Shown: one piece after another, positions 19,103 through 32,577 of the stretch
Layout: each line of letters begins with the position of its first letter
How positions within the stretch are numbered: position 1 is the stretch's first letter
Assembly: GCA_030264375.1 (NCBI GenBank)
Contig: JASCQW010000043.1
Span: forward strand, 109,702,146 to 109,766,106
DNA: 63,961 bases
Reading direction: 5' to 3'
Origin: Carcharhinus longimanus
Taxonomy: Eukaryota
Made by a program: the position numbers and the translations under genes
The notes under the pieces: generated by a model
What the model was told of the DNA's origin: nothing
Database searches by the model: none
Seen by the model: only the letters and a program-made list of their open reading frames with translations

Positions 19103-19944
19103 GGGACTTGATTTTACTATCAAGTTGCGCCCAATTTTGGGCGTGAAAATTTGGTAAAGTCGGGCGTAAGGCAAGTTGCGCGATCCTGCCTCCACGCCAG
19201 TTGCCCCTTTACCAAGGCCCGAAAATAGCCATAACTGGGACGGTACCCAAAATGGGGGCAATGGCCATTTAAATGTATTTGCTTGCATTTAATTGACTTA
19301 ATGGGCTGTATGCCCAACTTTACGGGCACTTCCCCCTTGGCCACTGCGTTTGCCCATCCAGATTCGGCACGAAACAGACCTGCTCTACAAAAGTCCGATT
19401 TGGGCGCTTCTGTCAAGGAGGAGGTCAGTGCCAAGCGTCCGATGGCTCTTAGCTTGAGATCAGTAGTGGGGGGAGACGGGGGGTGGTGGGCAACAGTGGG
19501 TCCAACAGCCCTCTGCTTCAGATCAGTGAGGAGCAAGGGGAGAGGGGCCACAGCCACTCTGCCTGATATTGTTGGCGGGAAGGGGAGAGAAGGGCTCGCG
19601 ATCAGTCTGAGTCGCAGAGGGGGTTAGTAATGTTGAGGGGGTGAAACAATGTCTGTGAGGGCCAGGGAGAGGCAATATCCCGCCCAGGAGCGACATGGCA
19701 GAGGAGTCGCATTCTATCAGATATTTTTTTTCTGCGCACGCACTGTTGGAGACACCAATCGGAGCTGCAGGATTTTGGGCACGTTAAGCCCCACCCACTG
19801 GTTTCTGCAGCACAATTCAGAATTGCTGATTTTTTTTTTCAGGCAGAGTGTATATGGGGGCGCCTGAGAACGGGTCTAAAAGTAAGATCTGAAACACTCC
19901 CAATTCTGCCCAGCACTTAGAATCAAAATGGTAAAATAAGGCCC
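19103..19944. mobile_element. GC/CpG-rich non-autonomous DNA-transposon-like element
   Basis: Imperfect terminal inverted repeats gggacttgattttactat / atggtaaaataaggccc. Abrupt GC shift and no credible ORF. Confidence 0.5.
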
Positions 19945-20189
19945 TCGAAGCTTTTCTTTCTTTAGTCCTGGACTATATGACAGAGAAAACTGCCTTTGCT
20001 GTGGGCTGCTGCTTTTCCCACCTCGCACCGGTTTTTACTGAAATCCATTTCTGGCTGAATTTGCAGCCTCTCATAACTATTCAGGTCTAACTTATCCTAG
20101 TTACCTGAAAATTGCCTCCGTAGTGTACAGATTGAAAGGGTTGCTGCCTTTAATAGGAGCTATAGTTTTAAGTGCTCTCTTTGCACTTA

Positions 20190-20498
20190 GGGTGGCACGG
20201 TGGCACAGTGGTGAGCACTGCTGCCTCACAGCGCCAGGGATCCTGGTTCAATTCTGGCCCCGGGTCACATCTGTGTGGAGTTTGCATGTTCTCCCCATGT
20301 CTGCGTCTCCTCCGGTTTCCTCCCACACTCTAAAAATGTGCAGCTAAGGTTGATTGGCCATAGTTAAAGTTGTCCCTCCGTGTTAGGAGGACTAGCAGAG
20401 TAAATATGTGGGGTTATAGGGATAGATCCTGGGTGGGATTGTTATCAATGCAGGCCTGAGGGGCCAAGTAGCCTCCTTCTGCACTGTAGTGACTCTGT
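20190..20498 (+). mobile_element. HE1-like V-SINE
   Basis: Head ggtggcacggtggcacagtggtgagcactgctgcctcacagcgccaggg...gttcaattc, V core and CR1-type tail. Confidence 0.85.
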
Positions 20499-22689
20499 GG
20501 TCGGAACTTTATCGGCATGCCCGCCCAACGGAGAATGCCATTCTGTGAGCCATGCCCGCCCCAATTCTGGGGCAAGCATGTCACTAGAATCAGGGCCTAT
20601 GTTTCTACACACTCAGCCTTAAAATAAATCCATTTATTTGCCTGGATGAAGTGAAAAAGGGTGTAGGTGCAAGAGGCCATGGCACTTGTCCTGAAGTAAT
20701 TAATCTATATCAGTTGTACCCTTGGATTAGAGTTCATCTTAGTGGTGTTCAAAGCCAAATCATATTGTGGATATCTCCTCTACAAAGTCCTTGATTTCCT
20801 TGCAGTGTTATGAAACGGATGAAATCTTATTTCCTGAATTCTCAATGCAGACCAGAAGATTGGGCAAGGTTTAAGGTATATAAAAGAGCATATTGCCTGC
20901 ATGTAAAGCAGCGGCATATTCTTGACATCCCACCAGTGTCAGATGGATGTTTTGGTTGATGTTTACTGATAGTTGAAGGCTTAATCGTCAGGCGAAAATA
21001 TAATAGTAATAAAGGACAGTCTTGCTGCGTCTTTCCAGCAAAAGAAGCTGTGCCGCTAGAGATTACAAAGAAGCCGCAGATTGACTATAAACAAAGCAAT
21101 GGTTTGATAATTGTATTGGCAAGTTTCACCTTTATCAAAATTGCCTCTGTATAATTCAACTTGGTTCAAACCCTTTTCCTCATTAAGAGTACATACCATT
21201 AGAACCCTCAGCCACAGATGCACTGTGAATACAATGACCATGAATATTGTTGACAGAATGCTTTCAGTAGATAAGCCCACTCTGATCTGGGTGATTTAAT
21301 TTAGCAGTCAAATTGTTCAGGCATGGAGCCAGAATGTTGGCTAAGATTTTGTGATCACAGTTAGCGACAGATAACCAACCGCCTATGTGACAATCTTTGT
21401 GTGGGATCTTATCCTTCTTAAGTAACAAGAGAATAGTGGCAGTGTGACGGATATCAGAGGTAGTGTCAATGAGAGTCTAATGCTACGCTGTTAAAGTTAG
21501 GAATGCAAATTTAGTAAATCCTTTTGTTAGATTCATCAGGGACCTATCTGAGCTGATGTCCACTCCTCTCTCTTTGGGCTTGTCACCTGTTGCATTTCCT
21601 GCAACAGGAGATCTGACATGAAAAGTTCTCATTTACAAAATTAGGAGATTTGCAAATTAAATATCAATGTATTGCCCCTCAATGGCTGCAGTGCCAAACA
21701 GAACACTCCAAATAAAAACAAAAAATGCAGAGGAAACAGTCAACAGGTCAGGCAGCATCTGTGCAGAGGAAAAGAGTTAACATTTTCATGAAGTTGGGAA
21801 GATGCTATTAAAAATGGCAGAGGTACCTGGTTGCGGAAGTCCCGCCCCATATTCTGATATTTACATATTTTGCCAGTGGCGCAAGATGGAAAAATGTGAT
21901 TCACATAGAGGAAAATCCAAACTCAGCTGGCCCATTTGCACTTAGTGCTGAGTTCAAACAGACCCCAATTTGGCTGTTGGAAAGACCTTGTTCTGTGGGA
22001 GTAGTCAGAAAAGGTTTTGAAGGGTCTATAAAATCTGACAGCTGTCATTTATGGTAGTTTTAAATGCCTCACTTTTAAAAAGTCCCTTTTCTGGAAAGTA
22101 ACGTCTGGTCTTGCAGTTTCAAAAGCTACAGTTATCACAGCAGGGGGTTCTAATTTTGATAAATTGAAGAACCTGTTAAAAGATTAGCTGTCTTTGATGT
22201 GGGAGTCTTTTTTATTATCTAGTGCACAGAAGTGAGAGTTATATTAGGTTGTTGGAATTTTTTTGTCAAATCTCCGCACATCTCCCCACCTCACTGAATT
22301 TCTAGACTCATCAAATTCCCTTGCACTTTGAGGAAACGTGCACTATACTAACCCTTTACTTATCCTGATTGAAGTAAGTTTCCCCCTTTTATTTTAATCA
22401 GTTCCTGAGTTTAGAGAAGAAAAGGAGAAAAAAACAAAGTATTTACTATGTTATTCCGCTTTGTTTTCTCCCCTTAATTCATGAACTCTTGGTTTGAAAG
22501 CAGCCCCACCCTTTCCATTGTTGCTCTTGAATCAGAGTGTAAAGGATTGATATTTCTCTTACATGCTGAAGTGTAGAGGATTCACAATCATTTCCATCTT
22601 TCATCATGTCTAAACCACGACAATGTAATAGTGCAGGCTGGTTGTAATTTCACACAAGTACTACAGATGTTTGATGACATACTCCTTAT

Positions 22690-23006
22690 GGGCAGTATGG
22701 TGGCACAGTGGTTAGCACTGCTGCCTCACAGTGGGTTCAGTTCCTGGCTTGAGTCAGTGTCTGTGTGGAGTTTGCGCATTCTCCCCATGTCAGCATGGGT
22801 TTCCTCTGGGTGCTCTGGTTTCCTCCCACGGTCATAGAACAGAATCATAGAATTCACAGTCCGAAAGACGTGTTGGTTAGGTGCATTGGCTAAATTCTCT
22901 CTGTGTACCCGACCAGGCACTGGAGTGTGGCGGCTAGGGGATTTTCACAGTAATTTCATTGCAGTGTTAATGTAAGCTTACTTATGACACAAATAAATAA
23001 ACTTTG
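22690..23006 (+). mobile_element. V-SINE, alternative-tail subfamily
   Basis: HE1-like head and core; tail ggagtgtggcggctaggggattttcacagtaatttcattgcagtgttaatgtaag...aataaataaact. Confidence 0.8.
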
Positions 23007-23339
23007 ACTTTCTGGGAAAGATAGATGATTGTTCTCAATCCCCAACCTTTACACTCTTCCAGGAAGAATCAGTGCAATCTGCAATTTTTCTTTTGTCCAT
23101 CACATGATCAAAAGAAGTTAATAACTCCTCAGACATGGCAAAAGTGCCAATCTATGAGCTGTGAGAAAGTCGTTTATTTGAGTTGTGTTTATCTATGGAA
23201 AATAGAAATCTAAGGTGTCATCTGGCTGAGTGATAACCATTTATTCATAAAGTGGAGACAGAAATCAGAAAACTTTAATACTTGTCATAGGGAAAATCTT
23301 AGATGCTGTTAAAAAATAAGCTATACCATAGTAATTAGA

Positions 23340-24380
23340 AATTTCAAGGTAATCAGGCTGTCAACATGTTTTTGTTAAAGGGAAAACATGTTTAACCAAC
23401 ATATTGGAGTTCTTTGAAGAAGTGCTGATATGCTGTGGATAGAGGAGAACCAGTGGATGTGCTGTACTTAGAATTCCAGAAGATATTTGATAAGTTGCTG
23501 CGTTCAAGATTATTGCAGAAAATAGAAGCTCATGGTGTAGGGAGTAACATGTTGGTATGGATAGAAGGTAGCTAGCTAACAGGAAACAGAGAGTCGGCAT
23601 AAGTGGATCACTTTTTGGTTGGCAAGATGTAACAAGTGGTGTGCCACAGGGATCAGAGCTGGGACCTCAACTTGTTTATGTAAATGATTTGGATGAGAGG
23701 ACCAAAGATGTGGTTGCTAAATTTGCTGATGGCGCAAGGAAAAGTAGGAAAGCCGGTTGTGAAGAGGAGATAATGAAACTGCAAGGGGATGTAGATAGGT
23801 TAAGTGAGTGGGAAAAAAATCTGGGAAAGGGAGTAAAATGTGGAGAAATGTGAAATTTTGGCAGGGAGAATAAAAAAGAAGCACATTATCTAATTAGTGA
23901 AAGATCGCAGAGCTCTGAGATCCAAAGAGATCTGGTGATCTAGTGCATGAATTGAAAAAGCCGAGTGTGCAAGTACAGCAAGTAATTAGGAAATCTATTA
24001 TTGCAAAGGGAATTGAATATACAAGTAGGGAGGTTACACTTAAGTTTTACAAGGCATTAATGAGACCACATCTGAAGTACTGTACAGTTTTGGTCCCCTA
24101 TTTAAGTAAGGATATAAATGCTTTTGAAGCAGTTCAGAAAAAGATGATGCGATTAATACCAGAAATGGGTAAGGAAAGGATGGACAGGCGAAGCCTGCAT
24201 CTGCTAGAGTTTAGAAGATTAAGAGATGACACGATTGAAGCATACAGCCCTGAGGGAACTTGACAGGGTGGATGTGGAGAGGATGTTTCCTATTGTGGGA
24301 GAATCTAAAACTTGTGATCACTGTTTAAAAACAAGAGATCGTTATGAAAGACAGTAATGAGGAGAATAATTTTTTTCTCA
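23340..24380 (+). mobile_element. CR1-clade LINE reverse transcriptase remnant (pseudogenised)
   Basis: QHVFVKGKTCLTN, SGVPQGSELGP, YVNDLD, KFAD and LMRPHLKYC motifs, with stops and frameshifts. Confidence 0.9.
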
Positions 24381-27061
24381 AGCGGGCTGCTGACAACACA
24401 AAACCTGGTGGGAATGTGAGTGGGGTGGAGGATGCTAAGAGTTGTCAAGGTGATTTAGATTAACCTCACTCCTCTCCTCATCTCAATCATGTTCATGTGG
24501 ACAGTTTGAAAGTTCCTTTTTTGTGCTTTTGAATAAGTGCAACAGGGATAATTTTCCAAGTGTACCAGAAATGTTATCTGCCACTAGTATAAGTCAAAAT
24601 ATTTCAGCGGTCTTGCCCATGATTGTACAGTATGCATTGGAGTCTAATAAATTTCCTGGCTACATACTTGGAAAACTGCCCAATGAATGTTGACCTTTAT
24701 TCTGACTGTACAGCACAGTTTGCGAGGACACCTTAATCTCTGGAATCTTAATTGACCAAGATGGCAGGATCTTCTGGTCCTCCTATTGACAATGGGGGTC
24801 TCCTGTTGAATGCACCGGCACTGCCTTAACCTTACAGCAGGGCTATGCCGTTGGCAGGACTTGAACTTCCCATCAGCAAGAACAGCCAGAAAGTTTCACA
24901 TTGCCATGTTTGTATTACCATATTTATTATTCCATGTTTTAACATTGCCTAAGATAACCGTGTATTTGCATTTTTACTGTTGATGGTAAAAATTTTGAAA
25001 AACAATAAAATATGAGACAAGATATGAAGGCATCTACCAAACAAACTGAATGATGAGAGAAGGTAAATTACAAGAAAGAAACTAGCAAGCTGGTGTTAGT
25101 AATAGCTGTCTGTTTCTGCCCAAGAGCAGGAAAAAGGATGAGAGGCAACTGGATAAATGTTTGCTGGAGGGGATGATTCTAAAGTATTCATTTTTAGGAC
25201 CAACCAGATGGATCACAGAGCCTTTTTGAGTCCTGCGCTTTCATATTTTTCAACCTTAGCAACTTCAACACAAAGATGTAACTGTAAAGAAATGAATACA
25301 GTACCTGTCTGAATCCAGCTATGGAATTGAAACCCAGTGAAATAATTCCGAAATTCATGGGGCGATATATCCCAAATGATGCTGCTTATTCAGGGAATGG
25401 GGGGAAGAAGTGGAAACAGCAGACATTTTGCATATGATTTCATTGACGCCTTATCTCTGCCTCTCGTGACCTGAACACTTTTGTAGATTGTCATCAGGTG
25501 CTTTGACATTTTTTGCTGCTTTTCAGTGAAACTGTTGAACTGAAATAGCCATTTGATGCCTTCTTGAATAATTGGTCCCTATATGTTTGTTTAGTTACAG
25601 TCTGAAAATATATTTGCAAACAGTTTGTAAATGCTCCTTTGGTCTGTAAATGCCCATTCTGACTTTCAAGCTCTACATTTGTTGGAACTTAGAACTAGAG
25701 TTTGTACTTATCACTTTCATAGGCTGCTGACAATGTTAGAAATTTGGGTCTGCTGTTGCTTTAGCTTATTCTTACCCAATGTGCATTAATATTTATGTAA
25801 ATATGTAAAAAGTCTGATATAAACATGCACACTTCCCATCAACATTTTCCATTTTAATTTCTAAGTCATCAAAATTACCGTTGTAAACTTGTCACACTCT
25901 AATTACGCTTTCCTATCACTGGGAGTGCTGAAGTGCCTCAGCTTAGTATTTCCCAACTCTTCAAATGTCTCTTTTCCCAAATTGGCACGTTTTGCTGTTC
26001 AAATATAAAAGTATAAACTCATATCTAAATACAAGGACTTCATAAATGTCTCTGAAATGCTCACTGAACTTCTTCTGCAAGCCTTCATCAAATTAACCCT
26101 CCATTCTCTAACTGTACTTCATTTGAAGAATAAATTCAATCTTTGTGTGCAACATGCAAGATTACATGAGTGGTGTAATATACACTATGGCAAGATAGTT
26201 TTATATCCAGCAGTTTTATATGCAGCAGATTATGTCGTTGCAAGCTTTAGTCATGGATTCATTAAATTCTTTCCTGAGGCCCAGTAAGACAAATTCACAA
26301 TAAAAATAATTGAAACATTTTATATTCTTAGCAACAGAAGAATTAATTAGTGACTGGTGGGTGTCATCTTTTCCAAAACTGGTAGCACTAGTAGTTTGTA
26401 ATTCGTAATTTGTAAAAGAATTAGATAGTGGGTGGCACAGTGAGGGATAACGTCTTTTTGCCTCTGGGGCCGGTGTTTTAAACAAGGGCAGATGAGATGA
26501 AAGTTTCCTCCATCTGCCAGCTATAAGCCATTGTCAGTGAACTAGGACTCAAACTAATCCTGAATGATATGAATTTATATTACAGAAACGGCTCATACTT
26601 TGGCACTAAATTGGTATTATCTGACAGAGGCCACAAGGGTGATTGTTACATGAAATGGGCACGTCACCATAGGTTGCTGTTAAGCAGCTTGTTTAAAAAA
26701 AAGGTAGAAATAGCTTCACCCTGACCTGGCAGTTCTTTATGTTGACAGGGATTGTAAAATGTACAAATTCATTCTAATCTCAGCTCTGACACTAATCACC
26801 GTTAGCATGAAAATCTATTGCTTCCTCTAAAAACAAAACAGCCGTAAAACTATAATAATAATTACAATACATATTCTACTAAACAGTAAATCCTCTTTTG
26901 CACTTGATAAATCTTCAACATCAAAGGATTACCTTTTTATATTCCCTGAAAATTGTGCCATGTTGTAATCTACAGGCAAAATATAAACCTGTTTGTACCC
27001 CATACGAGATCAGCAGACATCAGTGTTAACAGCAAGAATTTATACTGTACACCTTTCCACA

Positions 27062-27519
27062 GTACCATGGAATCCCTACAGTTCAGGAGGAGGCAATTTG
27101 GCCCGTCAAGTCTGCAACAACTCTGTGAAAGAGCATCTTACCCAAGGCCATCCCCTCACCCCCATCCTATCACAGCCACAAACATTAATCATAGAATCCT
27201 AGAATTCCTACAGTGTAGACGGCGGCCATTCAGCCCATCGAGTCTGCACTAACCACAACCCGACTCAGGGCCTATCTCTGCAACCCCATGTATTTACCCT
27301 TCCAATCCTTTAATGCGAAGGGGAAATTTAGCATGGCCTGTACAACTAACCTGCACATCTTTGGACTGTGTGAGGAAACCGGAGTACCTGGATGAAAACC
27401 ACACAGACATGGACAGAATGTGCAAACTCCACACAGACAGTCACCCGAGGCCAGAATTGAAGCCGGGTCCCTGGGGCTGTGAGGCAGCAGTGCTAACCAG
27501 TATGCCATCATGCCGCCCC
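27062..27519 (-). mobile_element. HE1-like V-SINE (27190-27519) preceded by an extra tail fragment
   Basis: Full reverse-complement head, core and tail; a second ggaatccctacagt...ggcccgtcaagtctgc tail copy at about 27062-27180. Confidence 0.85.
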
Positions 27520-28102
27520 AGCACTGCTAATCCACCTAAACTGCATATCTTTGAACACTAATGGGCAATTTGGCATGGCCAAACCTGATAATCCTAACCT
27601 GCACTTCTTTGGACTTCTTGTTTACAGAACCTGATGTTTTATTTTTGTCTCACTTTTATCTCAACTCATGTACTGCCAAGAATCTCCTAAATTCCAACCA
27701 CTCTACCTCCCAAATTACTCAAAGTAATTACTCAATATTATGTTAAATTAAGGACACAATGTATGACTTCAAAATGTGGACTAAATAAGCATTTATATTA
27801 TAATTTTATTTAAAGTTTATTATAAGTCTGCAAACCTTGACCCGGTTATCTCATGCCACCTAATTTCCTAGCTATACTCCGTCTTATTTTCAGCTGGGGA
27901 AATTAGTTTTTCAATTAACCACAGACAGATTAAAAATAAAAAGTGCATCGCTAAGTGCTTGATGATTATTGTACTTTAAGGACTCTGGTTTTTGTGTACA
28001 GATAGGAATGATAAGTATTCCAGTAGAGTTGGCATTCTTCCGGCAGAGGTGAACTGTATTATTCATTAAACTTCTTTTCTCTCCCCCCTTTTCCTTCTCA
28101 AG

Positions 28103-28236
28103 TTCCGAGCCAGCCAAATAACTTCAAAGCTGAACCGAAATCAGACACAAGCATTATGCTGTCGTGGACACCCCCACGTCAGGACACCATTATCAGATAT
28201 GAGTTGTACTACAGGGAGAGAGAGTATGGCAAAGAG
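28103..28236 (+). CDS. PTPRD: Coding exon, FN3 repeat 3 first half ([45 protein letters not shown])
   Basis: ttttccttctcaag|TT ... AAAGAG|gtacgg; 134 nt, phase 1-0. Absent from the ORF track and translated by hand. Confidence 0.93.
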
Positions 28237-28363
28237 GTACGGTGAAATCTCGTGTCTGAATTAAACTGCTGAAAATGAGGATCCTGTCCCTATACTTAAT
28301 CCAAGTCGTTTCTTCCAGCTATTAATTTTTTTCTTGGCACCATTATGGGGCTGGGGTGAGCGC

Positions 28364-28883
28364 GGGGGAGTGCACTGGCCTAGTGGTATTATTGCCAGAC
28401 TATTAATCCAGAAACTCAGCTAATTTTCTGGGGACCCGAGTTCAAATCTTGCCATGGCAAATGGTGGAATTTGAATTCAATAAAAAAAACCTGGAATTAA
28501 GAATCTGTTGATGACCGTGAACACAGTAAAAAGTCTGACAACACCAGGTTTTAGTCCTGTGTTTACGCCAGTCCAACGCCGGCATACCCACATGATGACC
28601 GTGAAACCATTGTCGATTGTCGGAAAAATCCATTTAATTCAGTAATGTCCTTGACAGAAGGAAATCTGCCGTCCTTACCTGGTCTGGCCCACGTGTGGCT
28701 CCAGATGTAGCTCTCTCTCAACTGCCTCTGAAATGGCCTAGCAAGCCACGCATTTGTGCCAGTCAGTACTGCAGCGTTTCAAGAAAGCAGCTCACTACCA
28801 ACTTCTCAAGGGCAACTAGGGATTGGCAGTAAACGCTGGCCAGCCAGCGATGCCCATGTCCCACGAATGAATAAAATAAAAAT
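28364..28883 (+). mobile_element. Second tRNA-headed SINE family (possibly DeuSINE/SacSINE1-like) with an internal 71-nt insertion
   Basis: Head tggcctagtggtattatt...gagttcaaatc, core ggaaatctgccgtccttacctggtctggcc, LINE-shared tail and A-rich end. At least 4 copies in the window. Confidence 0.8.
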
Positions 28884-29731
28884 AATTTTTATATTCCACC
28901 CACCAACAGCAGATTCAGGGAGACTACAAATCTCTGGATGTATAAATCTATTAGTTTAAGCTTAATTCTGTTAGTTTCTGATGTAAGTGTATGAATATTA
29001 TATGCTTTTTTCCTGATCTTAATTGTGGGAGGGTGTTTTCTTATGTCCATATCAGTGCCCTCCTCTTGAGCATAATTTGTCACCAGCTCATTGTCACAAT
29101 GTCAAGTGTGGATTTGAACAAATCAAGTGAGCACGCTCATGATGGGAGTCTGAAAACTGCCTATTAGTCACTTTAAAGAGGTGACAACAAAAAATCCTTG
29201 AAACTTTGGAAAATCTCAGAAGGCATCTTAGCCCATTTTCAGGCTTTAGGGGAATAAGAAGAGACCAACATAAGTGAAGGAAAAGAAAATCCAAGGTGTA
29301 AGCGTGAGCCTGCAGGCAAGTGACAGAGCAGCTCAGCATACAGCCATTATCTGACGTTAGGGAGGTGATGGTGCATGAGATTGTTACAAAGTCAGTGGTC
29401 CTGATGCAATTCTATGGGAACCATGCCCATGGGTCAGTATTACAGCATGCCTGCATGGATGTGAAGCCAAGTTTCTACTACAGCTGACTATTACCATGTG
29501 CGAACCTTATGCTTTCTGGTATCTGTAGATGTCTTTCCACCAGAATGCACAGCATTACATCTGCCGCTTTTTCAAGTCAGACCCTAACAAGATAGCTACC
29601 TGCTTATATTGCAAGGTATTGGGGATTGGCAGGCACAAAGAGTAAAACAAGGTCAGCCCTTGATTACCTGGCACGCTCGAGATCAACACCACACAGGACA
29701 AAGACACTCCATCCACCACCTAAATATTCAT

Positions 29732-30096
29732 GGGGGAAGTGATGGCCTGGTGGTATTATTGTGAGACTATTAATCCAGAGACTCGGCCAATGTTCTGGGG
29801 AGCTAGGTTCGAATTCCGCCCTGGCAGACGATGGAATTTAAATTCAGTAAAAATGAACTGGAATTAAAAATCTACAGATGACCATGATGCCATTGTCGAT
29901 GGCCGGAAAAAGCCATTTAATTCACTGATGTTCTTTAGGGAAGGAAATCTGCTGTCCTTACCTGGTCTGGCCTGCGTGTGACTCCAGAGCCATATCAATG
30001 TGGTTAATTCTCAACTGCCTTTCAAAGGCAACTAGAGATGGGCAATAAATGCTGGCCAGCCAGCAACGCCCATGTCCCATGAACGAATAAAAAAAA
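29732..30096 (+). mobile_element. Second SINE family copy, nested in a LINE fragment
   Basis: Collinear with 28364-28883 and 39930-40277. Confidence 0.8.
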
Positions 30097-32432
30097 TTCC
30101 TCCACCACCACCATCATCAATGCACAGCTGCAGCAGTATGTATTACATACACAATGCACTGCAGCAACTCACCAAGGTCCATTCCTGTCACACCAAGTGA
30201 CAGTCTGCAATGCATACTTCAAGCAAACAGAGGACAGGGAGTGAGCTCATCTGAACCTTTGGTGTACCAGTTATGTAATTTTATAGTTCCAAACTGAATA
30301 ACTCTCCTTCCTCAACCTTCTCATCTTTCTGCCAGCCTTTGCTGACACTTTACTCCTGGATTGCTAGGTGCCTTCATGCTGTTTTCTACTCTTGGGCCAT
30401 GTCGCCACATTCACTACCAAACACAGAATGACTAAATGTTCAGATGCGTTGTATTCAGCTTGCAGCCTTCTCTGGACATGCGTGTAGTCATCTAATTTAT
30501 GACATTCAGTCAAGCCTCTTTTCAAGTTCCCTATCGAGGAAGAACCTTGAATTCCATTCAGATGATAAGATTGTCACTGCTCAATGATACCTCCTAGAAC
30601 GCAAGCGAATGATGTAACGTAGATTCCTTGATATGCATTGTTGAGGTTACTTCTAATGTGTAAACAAATAACTTCAAAAAATGCGACCAATAATGGTGCC
30701 AAATGCAAATTAGGAGTTCAGCTCACTCCTGAACTAATGCTGCCATCTGGCCAAGAGACATCATCCTGAGTAGATTAAAGAAATCTTAACAACTTGGGGT
30801 CCTCAAAGTGTATTGTTTTGTATGTATGACACAGCAGCAATCAATATGAGGATTTTTGTGCAGAAAAAAATGAGAAAGTGAAATCTGGAAAAATGGGAAT
30901 ACTCTGAGTGCATATCATCATAACAACCCCAACATTCCCCACCCCCCCGCAAAAAAAAAGCCAGGAATAGTGATTGGAATTCTCTAGCCCAGACACAAAC
31001 AGGCATCATCACAGGCGGGACAAGAAAATTTGGAAAACAGTTTAAAGTTGAAAGCTCTCCAAATTTTTCTGTTCCTCCCACAACAATGCCTCAGTGGTGG
31101 GGCTGGAGAATCCAGGCTTATGTGTGAAAAAATTAATCCAAACAATCAGGAGTACTACGCCTTTTGCTCAGTATTCTTTAGATGGTTCAGAATGGGCTTT
31201 GTTCCCCAGTGAGTGGTATGCACTATCTCTATCAAATTTCTGCCAACACAGGTTATTTTAGTGGATGTACGCCACTGAAACAAAAACAGGACAAAGTGAA
31301 CACTCCACTGACAGGCCATTGCTGTTAGCTGGCAGCAAGGAGATATATGATAGGGTCACACACCCAAATGTTCACATTCCCCTGCCAGCAGACATGCAGC
31401 ATCTCTTAGCACACTGCGTGTGATACTTGGAAAAAGAAGCTCGTCTCATTCTGCTCTATCACACTGAACAAGGGTGCTCCAGTGTGTCACTGTACCTGAC
31501 ACATACTCTATTTACCGTGCACACAACAATGATCTGGATAAATGTATTTGTTCGCTGAAGCCCCTAACCACTGCTAGTCCCGTTTGGGCACTGATTCTGG
31601 AGGAGTAGACTGTGCTTGATCTGACAGGATCATACATTCCAACTAAATCAACTTGTTGAATAACATTATTTGACAATGTAGGGATCATTTTCCAACTTGC
31701 CCATGAAGGGTAACTTACAGAACCGTTGTAGAAGACGTCTGATTTATCATCCCATTGAAATCAGTACGACAAGAGACAGGTCAGTACTGGACTGGATGAG
31801 TGATCACATGCATAACTTTATTAAAAAAGTAGTGGATATTTCAGTATGCTTTAGGCTGCATGTGGTTTGTCATACTACCTAGGAATAAAATAACAGCCCA
31901 ATCAGAGAACAATGTTCTGTCACATCTGAGTACAAACCCAACCCAGTCTTACGATGAAAGTCTTCAATCTGATGACACAAGATGTTTTGAGAAATTAGTT
32001 TTAATGCTCTCAGCCTACTTCCAAGGAGATGTAATGTCCCGAGCAAAGAATTGGACTTAGTTTTGCAGCTCAGAGTAATAAACTGATGCTGTTGCAGTAG
32101 GCATTATTGTTCTGATGTTGGAATTAAAGCATGTTTTTGTGTTAGAACAAAGTGAGTTTTACCCTGCAGCTGTCCTGGCACTGCGTGATGCTAACCAACA
32201 CTGTCTGCTTCAATGCGGAAAGTGTTGTGCTGTCCATCACCAGAGCTTTAGTTTTGAATGTATTTGTCAATCCTGTATTTTGTTGATAGTCGGTTGTATC
32301 TGTTGAGTGTCTGCTGCAGATACGCTGGCTCAGTTTTACACCCCCCATAATCTTGCTCTTTACGTTGTATTGTACCACTTTGACTACAAATTTCACTCAA
32401 AGAACTCTGTAATTGTCTTTTCCCCTCCACAG

Positions 32433-32577
32433 CAACTTGTCACATTTGAGCCAAAGACAACATACCTTTTAGAGGATCTCAAACCAAACACTATGTACTT
32501 CTTCCGACTTGCTGCCCGCTCTGAGCATGGCCTCGGAGCTTCAACTGCGCAGATTTCAGCTCAAACCATGGAAACAA
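32433..32577 (+). CDS. PTPRD: Coding exon, FN3 repeat 3 second half ([48 protein letters not shown])
   Basis: tcccctccacag|CAA ... ACAA|gtaggt; 145 nt, phase 0-1. Confidence 0.94.

Noticed and set aside
19120-19627. Overlapping 145/114-aa GC-rich ORFs as a nested gene or CpG-island promoter
   Set aside because: They lie within a segment bounded by inverted repeats, long ORFs are expected at this GC content, and no domain is recognisable.
20190-20265. tRNA genes at SINE heads (also 28364, 38101, 63409 and others)
   Set aside because: A/B boxes are present but run directly into SINE cores, and no complete cloverleaf is evident.
23340-24380. Intact or domesticated reverse transcriptase gene (also 51420-52730)
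   Set aside because: Multiple stops and frameshifts, and degenerate catalytic motifs (FADG, FAED).
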